From positions 4,237,957 to 4,301,956 of the forward strand of contig MU053881.1 in assembly GCA_013239625.1 (NCBI GenBank): 64,000 nucleotides of DNA, read 5' to 3'. Positions 35,566 to 49,295 of this stretch are shown piece by piece. How positions within the stretch are numbered: the stretch's first letter is position 1; every line of letters starts with the position of its first letter. The notes under the pieces are model-generated. The model was not told the DNA's origin. It saw nothing but the letters and a program-made list of their open reading frames with translations, and searched no databases. Made by a program: the position numbers and the translations under genes. Origin of the DNA: Lama guanicoe. Taxonomy: Eukaryota.

Positions 35566-38500
35566 TGAAACAAAGTCAGCAACTGGTGGTCTCTCTGCCA
35601 TGGCACACCCAGCGAAAAGGGTAGAACCGGGCCAATCCCATTTTGTGAGCTAGGTGAAATTACTTAGTTTCTCTTAACTTCAGTAAAAGATATTTCTATT
35701 GACATGTGAGAAACTCATGAGATAATTTCTACAGAATGCCCAGAAAAGTCCCCCGGTCTGGAGTGTGTGCTCAATGAATATTAATTCCCATCCCCTCACC
35801 AACAGTAAGCCAGAGGTAATCAACAATTTTCCACTTGTGAGAGAAAGAAAGAGGAAGGATTCCTCTTAGCCAAATAAGACCCAAACTGGAACCGTGGAGA
35901 AGGGAGTGGCCAACCGGGGGATTTCTCAGCTTCAGAGAAATGAGAGTTCGCTAATGTTCTTAGCTACAAACGAGGATCTCATTCTTCTCTAGGGAAGAGA
36001 AGAGAAAAAAACCTCTTTACTTTTATGGTAGCCAAACTGGCAAAGTAGCAGAAGTATTTTAGGAAATGAAAACTTCAAAACTTCAACTTTAAAATATTCC
36101 TTTTAATAAAAGCCAAGGAAGATCTTCCTTTTGTACCAACAGCTCAGATTTAATTTTTCAACTGGGATATGATAGCTGAAAAACAATGTAACAGTGGCAA
36201 AACAAACAAACGAAAAAGAACATTTATCTTTAAGATAAGTAAAGTCAATGGGATATGTTTCTACAGATTGAGGAAAGTTTCATATACAAGGATTGCTTTG
36301 ACTAACTCAGGGCAGGTGCAAAGCTGGAAGATCTAAAATCATCTAAGAATTTCAGGCAGAAGAGAATGTCTAGAGAGACACCAGCACAAAGCTGACCCAA
36401 TTAAGGAATTCAAAAGATTTCCTACTGCCAGTAAACCTAACAACAAACCAGCAAGCAGGAAGGCTATTTTTATCCCTGCCAAAGGCCTTCTGACTCTGGA
36501 CGCTACATTTAGAGGACAGAGCAACAAGATAACTTGCCTTAAGAGGATGTTATGATACCAGTGATTAATGGCAATTTTTTAAGCTGTAAAAAAAAAACTA
36601 GGCATAGTTTTTAATCCAAAGTAAACCAGCCAAAGCCAGTTTAAAAAAAAAATAATATAACGAAAAGAAAAGTGGAAAAACAGACCAATGGATAGTAGAA
36701 AAGCTTTTAAGTAATCCAGAAACAAAGCCAAGACAGTAAATTAAAATTCTCCCACCTTGCAAACAGTTGATTAAAAGAAGCCTGTGTTTTAAGAGACACA
36801 TTTTAAAAGAAATAGTGAACAAAAATAATTGCAGAACTGGCCCAAGGTAAAGATGATTTTTGAGAAATGGCTCTTTGTACTGACATGAAGATCAAGACAA
36901 ACTTATGAAATCCCTATGGACCACAGGCTAAGTTGCTTGCAAATGACAGAACTTTAGAGATGAGAAAAGTCCCTCTTAACATTGGTTACTAAAGTCCAAA
37001 CCCCAAAAAGCAATCAGCAGAGTCAGCAGTGGGCTTTCTGCATGCATACCAACCAACAACTCTAATCACTTCTTTAATATAAATGCTGATGACTTTATTG
37101 AAACTTAACGAAGATCGCGCTTGAATTTCGTATCTAATCTAATTTCACCTTTTGTTATTTCTCAAAGGCCCAGTTCCTAATTTCCTTTATCAATACGCAA
37201 GGCACTGAGTCTTCCTCTTATTACCCTTCAAAACTAATAAACAGGACATCCCAAAGATGTCTGTAAATTATTTGGAGGATAAGCTGCATGAGGCCAAGAG
37301 TCTTAGTTTTTATTTCCTGATATCCCAACAGCCTAAAATAGTGCTTGGCGCACAGTATATGCCTGATAAGTATTTGTCTTATGAACGGCCTCCCCTCGCT
37401 TTAGACTTTCCATATGTATCCAAAGTGCTTCTCAAAGCGGAGTGAGGGCAGGGGTGAGGAGGGAGAGCAGCGCATCTGAATCACTTCGGGAATACAGATG
37501 CTTCAGTCCCATGACAGCCCTGGTGAATCAGAATCAGCAAAAATAAGCCAGCTTGGAAAAGTTCCTTCGGTGGTTCTATTTTGATCTCCACCCCTAAAAA
37601 GGCAGCCCTTAATAAGAAACCAGCAGGTGTGAGATCTGAATGTTTTTTACGAACGATTATGATAAAATACAGATCTAAAATTCTGTCCCGAGTCTCCTAA
37701 ACAAAAATTAAGAACCATAATGCCTTACTTTCTGTCTAAAGTATACTAAGGTAAACTTTTTTTTTTTAATGTTTGTTTCTCTCTTAAAAGCTACACAGTA
37801 AGTACCTAAACTACTAAACCAGAAGCCAGAGGCTATGTGATCCTATCTTGATCCTCTAGGCACCAGTTAGTTGAATGACTTTACAAAAGCTGTTATATCT
37901 CTCTGAAATGCAGTTTCTTCCACTGTAAATCAGAGATCACAAAAGTCACATGAAAGGTTACTGTAAGGATTTAAGTTAAAAGATAATTCTCAGAAGGGGC
38001 ATATATTCTTATAAAAGCCAGAGAAATGGTCTCAGAAGTAACTGCCCTTTCACTTGACACTGGTTGTTAACACTGCTTCCTATACAGGCTGAGCAGGTCC
38101 ACCACAAGAAAGAAACACGCTGACCAGCATCAAATGTGTCCTGTGGCCGACTATACCTAGTCATGGAATATGCTCAAATGTTTGTAGAACCAGAATATAA
38201 GCAGAAGCTAAAATGTAAGGTACTTCCAAACCAGGTGACTTGAAGAAGGCCATCTCCCCCTCCTAACAGAGACTGCCGTATTACCCAACTCCAGGATGCA
38301 CCCCACTTGTCACATGACTCCCCCTGCCTCCTGGCATTGTGCTGGATGAAGCCTAAACAGTTCACACTCCTAACCATGCCTCCAAAGGCAAAAAAAATGG
38401 CTTCAGATGCCAGAGACAAAGTTCCAAGATGACATTTAGTGGAGATGACAATCTCTGATAGGGTAAGTGACAGCTCACTCTTCTCTGTCTACCTCCCCAC

Positions 38501-41500
38501 CATTTCCTCTATTAAATTCCCTTTTTTGTTCCATTCTTTTTGGTATTGGGGAACATTCTAATGGCAGGAGTTTCAAGTAGAACAATTAGAGAAATTCTCT
38601 ACAGCAGTGTTTCATAATCTTGTATAACTATTAAGACCTCTTTTGAAGACACTTCCCAGAGGCTCCCCACCATAACAACTGAAGCCCTCATGCCCCACTT
38701 CAGTAGATGCTACAAGTAAACAACCACAACAAAAAACCTTAATAATAAAAGGCTACTGTGAATTCAGCAACACTTGTAAATATATTTTAATCGTATCACA
38801 TCAGCATCCTCGCACATTTGGAAGATGATCATGCACATATACATGACAAACCTATCACCTAACTGGAATGCTTGGTTCTGATAGGTTCACAGACCCCATC
38901 AAATAATTCCCACGGCAGAAGAGGCCCTGTGGTCCACAAATGGAGAACAGAAACATTACATAAGGCCAAATTTAAACAACTGCTTCCTGAACACAGTATT
39001 TTTAGGCCTACCTCAAAACAGAAAGATGCAGTCTAGAAACAAAACCTTCACTCAACTGAATGCATTTGATTGATTTCTGGTGATAGCCCTTCTTGCCAGC
39101 TATTCAATAGGAAATGCTGCCACACCCAAGTCACATGAAGTCCACACGCTACTTTCCATCATTAAACTCGAAAACCTTCCATTTTGTCACTTAGGAATAC
39201 CATGCCAGAGACTGTATAGAATTGCTGATGGTAATTTAAAGATCACTAAGTTCAATCCATCCATTTACAGGTGAGGCAACCAAGATCTAGAGGGAAGTGA
39301 CCCTCTTAAGCCATGTAACTGCTAACGGCAAAACCAGGTTTTAATAACAACCCTAAATTCTTCTCTTTTTTTTGTCTTACAATTTGGGAAAATGTGTAAG
39401 AAGCTAACAACGTCTGATTATTTACAATAAAGAGCAAGTGACTGATTTAAATCTATTTAATTAATCATACCAGGCATTTATTATTTGGAATATCATAGCC
39501 AGTACAAGTTAGTTTTTTTTCATTTTGGGTTCTTCATACTTCAATTAATCATGGCTACTCTTCAGAATGAAGATCTGCATTTTACTGTCGGTTTCTCATG
39601 AATTAAAAAAGGGTCCTCTAATTGGTAGACTCCTCCTCCTCTTTCCCAATATATAGCAACTGGCATCAGCCCAACTGGATTCCAAAGAGATTATGGAACT
39701 GCTTTCCCTTCAGAGTTCCATTAATGTTCTTAATTGACTGGTTACCAGGTAATACCCAGAATAAAACAAAGCCTTGCTTTTAGAACGGAGTGCACTGGTG
39801 TAGGGCTGAATTCAGAATCAGTCTATTAGACAAAATAGCGAAGCCCAGAGGCAGCCTGGCCATCTCAGTATCTGATTTGAAAAGTAGTAAATAGTTTAAA
39901 ACTAGTTTAAAAGTATTCCTTTTGCCATTTTTTACTGCTGAACAGCAACAAATTTGCCGGTTTTGTTTTTGTTTTTGTTTTTGTTCTTTTCTCCTTCCCC
40001 TCTTTTAACTTTAGGATGGAGGATAGTGGCAACATGAGGGCAAAAAAATAGAACAGTGAACAGAGAAATTCACAAATCAGGCATATACAACAGCTGATAA
40101 ATGAATCAGCTGCACACCATATTCAAGTAGAAATTCCATGCATGTCAGGAAAAAATAATTTTGAGGCACAATTATGCAACTGTTCCATCCTTCCTGTAGC
40201 TAAACTGAATGGAAAGAGAATCCTGGATATTTTTATGACTATGAATCAAGCAGCATTGCTTCCCCACCCTCAAAGTCAGCAAAGGACGTACTCCAGTGTT
40301 ATATAACATGATCGAGGAAAGTCTTAGCCCTTCACAGAGAACTCCCCATTGTATTACTCCATAATCAAAAGGGTTTTCATTATGCAGATTATTAGCATAT
40401 AGGGCTGTTCTAACAGCTGTCAGGAAATGAAACAGCAAGTCACTTCTCTACAGAATTTTATATAGAAGGAAATAACAGAAATATATTAAGTGACACTATC
40501 AGAAGGTACAAGATACTATTATTAATTTGGATGTGGTGCATGAATAAAACGGATCTTTACAAATGTTCTAGGTGGACCTCTTTCTACTTTTTTAAACTGT
40601 AGGGAGGTCCCTAATATTTAACACAGACACATTGTTGACAAAGTCTGAGAACTTTACTACTTAAATGTTGTTCAGATTTCGTTTCTGAATGGAAAATATT
40701 ATTGTTTGTCCAGATGGTAATACCTATCCTTAAATTGTACATAATACTTAACGTGACAACGTAGATTACAGAAAAGCCCCTGTTAATTTGCTACCTGACT
40801 GCTGCTTGTCTTCTGATTTGGTATTTCCTAGCGTTAACTGTCACACATAGTTTATTCCTTTACCAATCCCGGCCCTGAATGTGAATCAAACAAAATTATG
40901 TCACAACAGCCATAAAATATGTAAGCCTTAATACAACTGTAAAGAGGAAAAAAAGTTAATGACTTCAAAGAATCTTTGGAAGAAATGTTTAGGCTCTTTA
41001 ATCTTCTAATAAAATAAAAAGTTTCCTGTCACCTTTCCCTCTGCCCCACTTTACCCTCACCTCTCACCCAGGTGATAGCAGACTTGTAACAATGTTTTAA
41101 GATGTCTATTCCGTTTTCATGGACTTTAGTAAGATCCTTCATGCTCAAATGTTCAGGATTAAGATAAGGAGACTGCTTGAGTAATTATGGACTCACATCA
41201 TGGATGACATAAGACAAACTCCCCCTTTGTGACAACTGCTTATAGGATTTTCAGAACAAGTAAGAACAAGGGTCAATATTCTATCACACACGCGTGGAGG
41301 GTAGAGGACAGAGGATCACTACTTTGTACTTACCAGTACGTATTATATAAAAAACTGGCACATGAGGATCTGGCCAAGGCACAAGGAGCCTTTAGTATGA
41401 ACCGAGCAGGTTTCAGTTCAGAGTAAGGAAGACTTCAGCCCAACGCTACGAGGACATCAGTGTTGACAAGGACCACATTTTGGCCTCCCTGGCACTTCCC

Positions 41501-41824
41501 TTTTCCCTCCTCCCCTTGAAAAACAAAACAAAAAACAAAACAAAACAAACCCCAAAACAACAGCAGTCCTCCACCTGGAAAAGTACAATCACGCAGTTTG
41601 AAATCCACATCTCTGTAAGCTCTGGCTACAACACACAGTGCGGTGAGGGATCCACCGAATCCTGACCGACACTAACCCAGAAACGAGGCAGTGGGTCAGG
41701 ACTAAGAACACACCCCGCGCCGGTGATGCAAAGACAAACCTGCCCCACTCCATTGCCCTCTAGTCCTCACAAAGGAAGTTACCTCAACACAGAAGCCCAG
41801 GTCCCATCCTGCCGCACAGCCAAG

Positions 41825-41827
<3 letters not shown>

Positions 41828-41855
<28 letters not shown>
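41828..41855. repeat. (AG)n microsatellite
   Basis: Directly visible. Confidence 0.9.
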
Positions 41856-41858
<3 letters not shown>

Positions 41859-44800
41859 CTGTTAGGATGTTCCATCTCCGCAGTCAGGGAAGGGGGAGCG
41901 CAAGAGGGGAGGAAACCACTTCACTTCTAAATAGCCACGCGCGAAGTTCACTGCGGCCAAGCGGAAGTGGTTCTCTCTGCTATGTGCCTTACTCCATTAC
42001 TCCTGAGGCTTCTAGGACTAAAGCAATTTTCTACTCCCCAGGGACCTCAGCCGCTCCCCTGCGATGCTGCTTTGAATTACTTGGTATCACCCAAACAGAG
42101 CCAGAAAGAACCAGCCGAGTTCAGGAAAGCTCCAGCCCGGTTTGTGGGGAGCTGCCTGGAGGACCCTGAATCTTGTAGTATTTAAAGATCCCCCCATTTA
42201 CCAGAAGACCACGTCACGGTAATTTGCCTGGAAGGAGAAATGTGATTCTGAATCCAAGTAAAATTCAGCTGTTTGCATTATCCATGTCGTCTTTGTGGTA
42301 CTTTGTATCATGCCCCACCAGATATCCTTTAAAGGAAAATGTCCATCTGATATTTTAAAAAGGTGACGGGGGGGGGGGAGTGGGGTGCAGAGCAGTGCAT
42401 AGTTGTATATTCTTAAATTGCCTCAGGCAAACTGGTTTAATAGAAAAAGTCTAAATACTGGAAGAAATTATATACTCCCCCCACCACCATTTTAAATCAA
42501 TTGTTTTAATACTATAGCAACAGAGTTTATTTTAGTGTAAGTTCCTTTGGTTTCTCTAAAACTGTATTTACTTTGAAACTCAAATTTATAACTGAATGAT
42601 GTTAAAACTTAGCCCTGTTTTCAGCAACACTCGTGAAAGGTTTCCAGAGCTATCTCAGTGTACATAAAGTCAGTATACGGTATCTGTTTGAAAACATCTG
42701 TATCAGTATACAACATCTGTTCTTGTAGAGAACTACCTGACTGCAATTCGGAGTGGAGGAATATTAAGAGAACTAGTGGGTCAAAGGAAAATTTAAGGCT
42801 TTTTGGTTATCATTTATGGTATCTTTTTCAAGTAGCACTAACTTCATTCCTCCCGCTACTATAAAGATACATAATTTAGACAGTCATCCCAACAGTGGCT
42901 CACTTGCTCACCGTGCCATAAAAAAATCTTACATAAAATTAACAAAACTGGCTTTGTGTACTAAACTTTCAACTGAGTTTCGTGATTTTCTTCTAGAGAG
43001 ATTATTATAAATTCTTTTGCTTAGCAACAAAGAAAAGAGGCACAGATGGAATCAGCACTTACCCACTCATTTAAGCATTTGTTTCAAACAAATTCACAGC
43101 AATGAAAAATAGTGGGGGAAGGGACCCCTAATTTAATGTGTAGATAAACAAAAAATCGCAGGAGTATTTTAAGATGCAAGGTCACAAACACCTTCAGCAG
43201 TCAGGAATCAAATACATAGCATTTCTGGAGTTGATCCAGCTCTTAAAAATAAATTCTTATTAAATGAATGCATGAAGTAAGGCAGTAATGTCTAACTGTG
43301 TAACACACTCCCACTGCTCACTCAACATATGCAATAGGTTTCTTGGGCACCATGGGAATAAGTAAAAGACTGGCACTTTAAACAAGCTGCATTTCTGAAT
43401 GCAATCATCATTGCCCACATGCAAATTAAGTATTTAAAATGCCTGAAACTCGGAGCAGGGCGGATATGTTGAGTTCCTCCTCCCAAAAATTGGAAGCAAG
43501 ACATATTCTATAACAATATGAAGCATAAAGGACTCTAATTTCCCAATATTCTCCGGAAAAATTAGATGATATTCTGATTCGTAATTTAGTTAATTAATAT
43601 CTGAAGAACAACTCTATAATATTTTGACAATTTACAGATTGCCTTTGTTCTCCCAATAATTTTGCTGTCTCATTTGGCTTTCTAGTGAAATGAAGCTAAT
43701 TGGATAGTAAATGGTTTTCATATATAGGATTTAAAATACTCAATCTCTTATTATGAAACTGGATTGCTCTACTCTGTCTGACATCTGATGATTTTCAAGG
43801 ACTAGTTTTTGTCAGTTGATTCCTCTGCCCTCTCCTTCTGCTTCCATTCCATGAACTACTGCGTCCTGGTTTATACCCATATTCCTTTATTCCCTTCACA
43901 TACAGGAAAGGAAAAAAAAAAGGCTCCTTAATTTTCAGAGGTCTCTCCTACTGTACACTGAATGTAATACTGCTTCATGAAATCTCTATTTCACTATGTC
44001 CAAACTATGCTTCAGAAGCCTGAAAACAGATACATCGCATGTGGTTTTAGTCTATTTCACACTGCTTCATTTCTAAACAATATGTACCAACTTCACAGGT
44101 GAGGAAAAGAAAAAAAACACAAATAACAGTAAGTTACAATATTCCCCAAATAATCATCTCAGTATCTACAACAGTAAAAGATTTTTCTTTCCAGATGAAT
44201 AAAATACTTGATGAGACGAATCAGTTATTGTAGCTACGCGCAAGCTACCACCTCGGAGATCAGAATTCAAAAATCAGTCCGCAGCTCAGGCTCTTAGTTT
44301 ACGAAACTGGGTGTGTAGTGAAGAAAATGGAATCGGTCTCTGGGGAAGAACTGGTGTTAGTTATGGAGGAGGCAATACATAATTTCATGGATAAAAATAA
44401 CTTAGAGACATGCCAGCTGATCAGTGAAAGGACATGGAGATAAAGGACAGGGAGGACCCCTTTTCCTCTCAAAGAGGTAAACCTCTGCACATGCAGAAAA
44501 TGATAGCAGCCTTAAAATTCTTAGAAAAACTATTTTTAAATAAACTGTAAAAAAAAAACTAATGTAAATTATGAAATGAAGGCTAGCTACTCCTTTTGTA
44601 CATTTCTTAAAGAAAAAAAAAAGATAAAAGGTTTCTAAACAAGCCAGTTGGAATCAAACAGCACACTCATAAAGAAACTCAAAAATTATATTTGAAAGTT
44701 CCTAGGCATATTAACGTCTTGTTAGTTGATGGCAAAAATAATTTTAAATCTACTACATTAAGGAAGATTTTTTTTTCCCCAAAAGGAGAGGCAAATTCAA

Positions 44801-46349
44801 TTGTGTTTTTTTTTTAATTTAAATAAATAATACATCCTTACCAATTCATTCAATTGGTAGTTCTTATTTCAATTTTAGGCTTTATTATTTAAACATATAC
44901 ACACAAACTATCTATTAGGGATTGCAAATGAAAATTAAAAATAAATAAGGTCATTCGAAACATATTTTATAAAATGATTTTTATGGGAAAAGGAACCCAA
45001 ATATAAAATCTGCCTCCATATGATAGTTTTTTAAAACAATTTTCAAATTAATCTAATTTTTTATACTTTTTTTCTAAGAGGCATATTATTCTCTACTAGA
45101 CTTTAAGAAATAAGGCCCATTTTCTGTTTTCTATATTTCTAAGGAAGCAGAGCACATGAAAAGGCTACTTATTCATTTTTACAAAAGATAGGCAGTCTTA
45201 CATACTTATTTTAAAAGGGCAGTGTGTTATGTTTTTTAAGATATTCAACTTTTATTATCACCTTTTAACAAAATCTCACAATAGAACCACTGTTGAAATC
45301 AAACACAGTTTTCTTAAAAACAGTTCTTTAAATCAGAAGAGAGTTTGACAAAAAAAAAATTAACTATTCTTATTCGTCTGAGCAAAACTGCCGTTTGGAA
45401 GTGACGGACTACAAAGGTAGAAAGGGCAGCATCCTGATTTAAAAAAAAAAAAGATCAAACCTAAGTAGAGTCTGGCATTTTAGGACCATGAACTCATCTG
45501 TGAATTCTTTATTGCTCTTAGAAGGAAAAAATACACAAAATTCATTTACTATGCTTCAGTCACCTTGGCACTTAAATTGAAATTGATTTTCTCATTTGAT
45601 AAGCATGAAAACATACTTAATAGATTTTTAGTAATAATCGATACTATTTATTGAGTGTCTTCTCAGTGAACTACGCAGTATGCTGGATTTCACAGACACA
45701 TCACATCATTTAATCCTCACAACCTCACACACAGAATGGCAATTTAAATCCAAGTTTATCTGACTCCAAAACCCATGTTATTTCCACTCTGCCACACTTC
45801 TTACAAGCCACAATTTTACAAAACCTCTGTATTCCCACACTAGGTCAATCAGATTTAAATTTTTCCTGTCACCAGACTTAACTTTTGATTATCTCTACAG
45901 AGTCAGCCTAAAGAAACCTAATGTAGGTAAAAATTGGTAAGAAAAAATTAAAATGGGAATACAGAATAAAGGCAGAAGTTTACACAATGAGCCATTTAGC
46001 AAACTAGGAGAGAAGAAATAAACGTGAGAGAGTTGTCCTGACTGTGTCTGAGAAGCCAAGGAAACACAGTTAATCCTATTAGAATAATGTGTGCAAACTC
46101 TTATATAAGTACTAGTTAGGGGTTTACTTCTTAGAAGCATCATATAATAAAGTGTTCATACCTGCTGCTTTTATATCTGCTTTCTTTTGTCAGAGAAAAG
46201 ACATAGGCACTTATCATGAAAGTGAGTTCTAATTATCACCCCTAGAATCTAGTACATAAGAGGCTCTCAAAAAAAAAAAAGGTGCTGAAGTAATCAAATA
46301 CATTAAAGGAAAAAAAATGTCCTTTAGAAACCTTTTTTGTACTTCTTCA

Positions 46350-46512
46350 CTTTTAATTCTGAAACAATCAAAGATTCACAGCAAATTACAAAAAGTAGTA
46401 CAGAGGGATCCTGTGTATCCTCATCCAGGGTCCCCAGCGGGGAGCATCTTACATAACTACAGCGCACAACCGGGAAAGTGACCCTGGTGCAATCCACAGG
46501 CCTCATTCAGAT
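46350..46512 (-). mobile_element. Old LINE-1 (L1M-type) 3' fragment
   Basis: agattcacagcaaattacaaaaagtagtacagag...catcttacataactac is L1M 3' end-like. Confidence 0.55.
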
Positions 46513-48201
46513 TGCTCCATTAGCTACTTTATTTCCGAGTGTGCATACCCTCCAAAGAGTTCGACCAGATGGCTGGGTTGAGCCAGGCTGGGCAGGGCTG
46601 GACCCTGAGCGGAGAAGGGTTGAAAATGGGAGGTAGGGATGGAGCGGGGTGAAATCAGAAGGTGGGGGAGGGGAGAGGACAACAGGTGAAGGGGGAGGGG
46701 AGGGAGATAGCAGCCATTACAGTACTTACAATGATTTTTACCATCACTGAGAAATGCTACTGTACATAATTCTAGAAGAAGAGTGTGCAGCTTCTCTGGT
46801 GCTAGAGAGGGCCTTAGATGCTCCTCATTTTTCTGATGGGAAAACAAAGGGTCAAAGAGGCTGAAGGACCCAAAGTCAGAGTGCTAAGAAGTGGCAAAAA
46901 TAAAGCCAATTCTGAGAGACATCTTTCCTCAAAACAAAGTATGCAACCGGATTAAGAGTCCGTCAGAATTCCCTGAGGAATTCGGTAAAGACCTTCAAAA
47001 TAATCCTATTTCAAAATTAGTTCATCAGATGGATGCATATTTTTTTCACATATTATTTTTCATCTCTCCAGACCTCAAAAAATTCCTCATTAAAAAAATG
47101 ACTATCATTGGTCTGTTGGTTTTACTGCACTAGTCATATGATAAACCAAACTCAAAGGAGAACTGGGCTAAGCTGGTTACCACTTGAAGCGACAGGCTCT
47201 TCGCCACTTTGAACCCCAGTGCAAAGCTGTGCTGGTACAAAGCAGGCTCAAAAACGTTGAATGAATGAACAAACGAATAAATGAACAAACAACTTAAGTG
47301 GGATGATGAAATACACTAAACAACCCAAATTTCTTAAAAAAAAAAACAAACACCCTGCAGTCTAGTAAAATGATATTTTTGTGCAGAATAGTATTTCATT
47401 TTGTAGGATATTTTTCACAAAATCAGAGCTAGAAGGGCCCTTGGAGAACATCAAATCTGGTCATTCTCAACTCTGGGTACACATGAGCATCACCTGAGAC
47501 ATTAAGAAATAACATAAGCCCCACCCCACACCTGGGATGTCTGGGGACCCAGACATCTGTATTTTATTTTTAAAGCTCCCCATTATTAAGTCCCTTATTA
47601 TAAGAGTGGTTCTAAGTCCTTTATTCTAAAGAGGAAGAAACTGAGGCCTAGTCAAACTGCAATATCATATTCAAGGTAAAAGAACTGGGACCAGAATCCA
47701 AGTAGGAGTAACACTTTTTTTTAACATAATATACATAAAAAATATTTCAAGAACTACAAAGCTTCATTTTAACTCTGAAACTGTCGGCCATTTCTTAAAA
47801 TGTGAAACTAGGTTAAAAAAAAATCTGTCAACATTTGAACTCTTCCTAGCACACTGTCACTGTTCATAGGTGGACAGACATACACGTTTGAGGCACTAAC
47901 CAGGTTTTGCCTAAGATATTACAAAAATGAGGAGAATGGTTCCCATCTTTCCGGTTAACCGCCATCCCTCAGCAATTAGCACTCTTGTAGTTCCCTTAGC
48001 TGTTTTTATTGTGAAGGGCCGACAGTGGGTATCAAATGCTTGATTTTTTTTTAACAGGAAGAGGTACATGTATAAAATGATGGAACTGACTGGATACAAA
48101 ATAGGAACCTGTAATATCTGCCATATTGCCCATCATATTACATAGATAATACAAATTTTAAAATATTTACTAAAATCAGATAGTTACATTTTGAAAATTA
48201 C

Positions 48202-48283
48202 CTTTAATCGAATCATTTTCAGCTCTCATTATGTCAATGAGTGAACTCTCCAGTGAGTGCATGTCAAATGTCCTGGGGCGATC
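48202..48283 (-). CDS. CPEB4: CPEB4 coding exon 2 (82 nt): DRPRTFDMHSLESSLIDIMRAENDSIK(G)
   Basis: Acceptor tttacag|GATCGC, donor AAAG|gtaatt; phase 0 to 1; peptide matches the CPEB4 N-terminal region. Confidence 0.95.
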
Positions 48284-49134
48284 CTGTAAACACAAACAGC
48301 CACAGACCACTTTTAAAACAGGATTTAATTATAAAAGAGGACGATAAGCTGCATTTGATGGGACAAAGATCAAAAAGTGGCAATCTCCCTCCCATGTAAG
48401 GCACATAATTACTACATTTTATTTTTAACACTTGCAAAACACCAAAAACCACAAAATAAGTACCCAGTGCTCAGCAAAGGCTGATTTGGTTTTAATAATA
48501 ATTTCAGTTAAAGCATTACTTTTATGAACAAAGCAAAAACAAACTAATTTCTATCCGTTTTACCTTTACACAAAGGTAAAAATAAAATTTGTAATCTTTC
48601 TCTGCCACTTACGACGGCAGTAATGTGTTCCAGCCGTCATTTACTAAGGTGACGTCTACACGTGCTATTCAGAACAGCTATATTTACTCTTAGGCCAAGA
48701 TCTGAAAATAGTCATCCAATGTCTGTAAGACCACTGAATGGCAAAGTATTCTTGATTTTTCTGCCCTTCAAATTAAAAGGCAGACAGGGAGTGGAGAACA
48801 TTGCTGGTCTAAACCCTGGCTTAACAAAATCCATGTCACAAGTGGGTGAGGAATCTGAAAAGACACAACCCTCCAAGCACTGAGGCATTCTTCAGGATGA
48901 AAAGAACAAGAGAGAACTAAAATTAAAGTTTAGCTTGTTAGTAGAACGTAGATGAAAACATTTTCAAATTAAATACCAAAGGGGAAGCAGTAGTACACAT
49001 TTCTGACCCACCTTAAGAATAAACACATCTACAGACAGAGACCACAGCAAGGGTGTTAAAGAAAAGGGGGCTGCTAAAGGAATCTGATGAGCACGATTTC
49101 ATAACCTTCTCTTCAATTCAATTTTCTCTCATTA

Positions 49135-49295
49135 TCTTTTTTAAATTTTATTTTTATTGAATTTCTTTTGGGGGGGTGTAGGTAATTAGGTTTATTTATT
49201 TTATTGTATTTTTTTAACAGAGGTACTAGGGATTGAACCTAGGACCTCGTGCATGCTAAGCACGCACTCTATCACTGAGCTGTACCCTCCCCTGC
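49135..49295 (-). mobile_element. tRNA-Ala-derived SINE (Vic-1-like)
   Basis: Same head sequence in reverse; flanking direct repeat ctctcatta at 49126-49134 and 49296-49304. Confidence 0.85.

Noticed and set aside
41723..42169. 148-aa ORF with an RERERE run
   Set aside because: The run is the (AG)n microsatellite, and the open frame is explained by locally higher GC.
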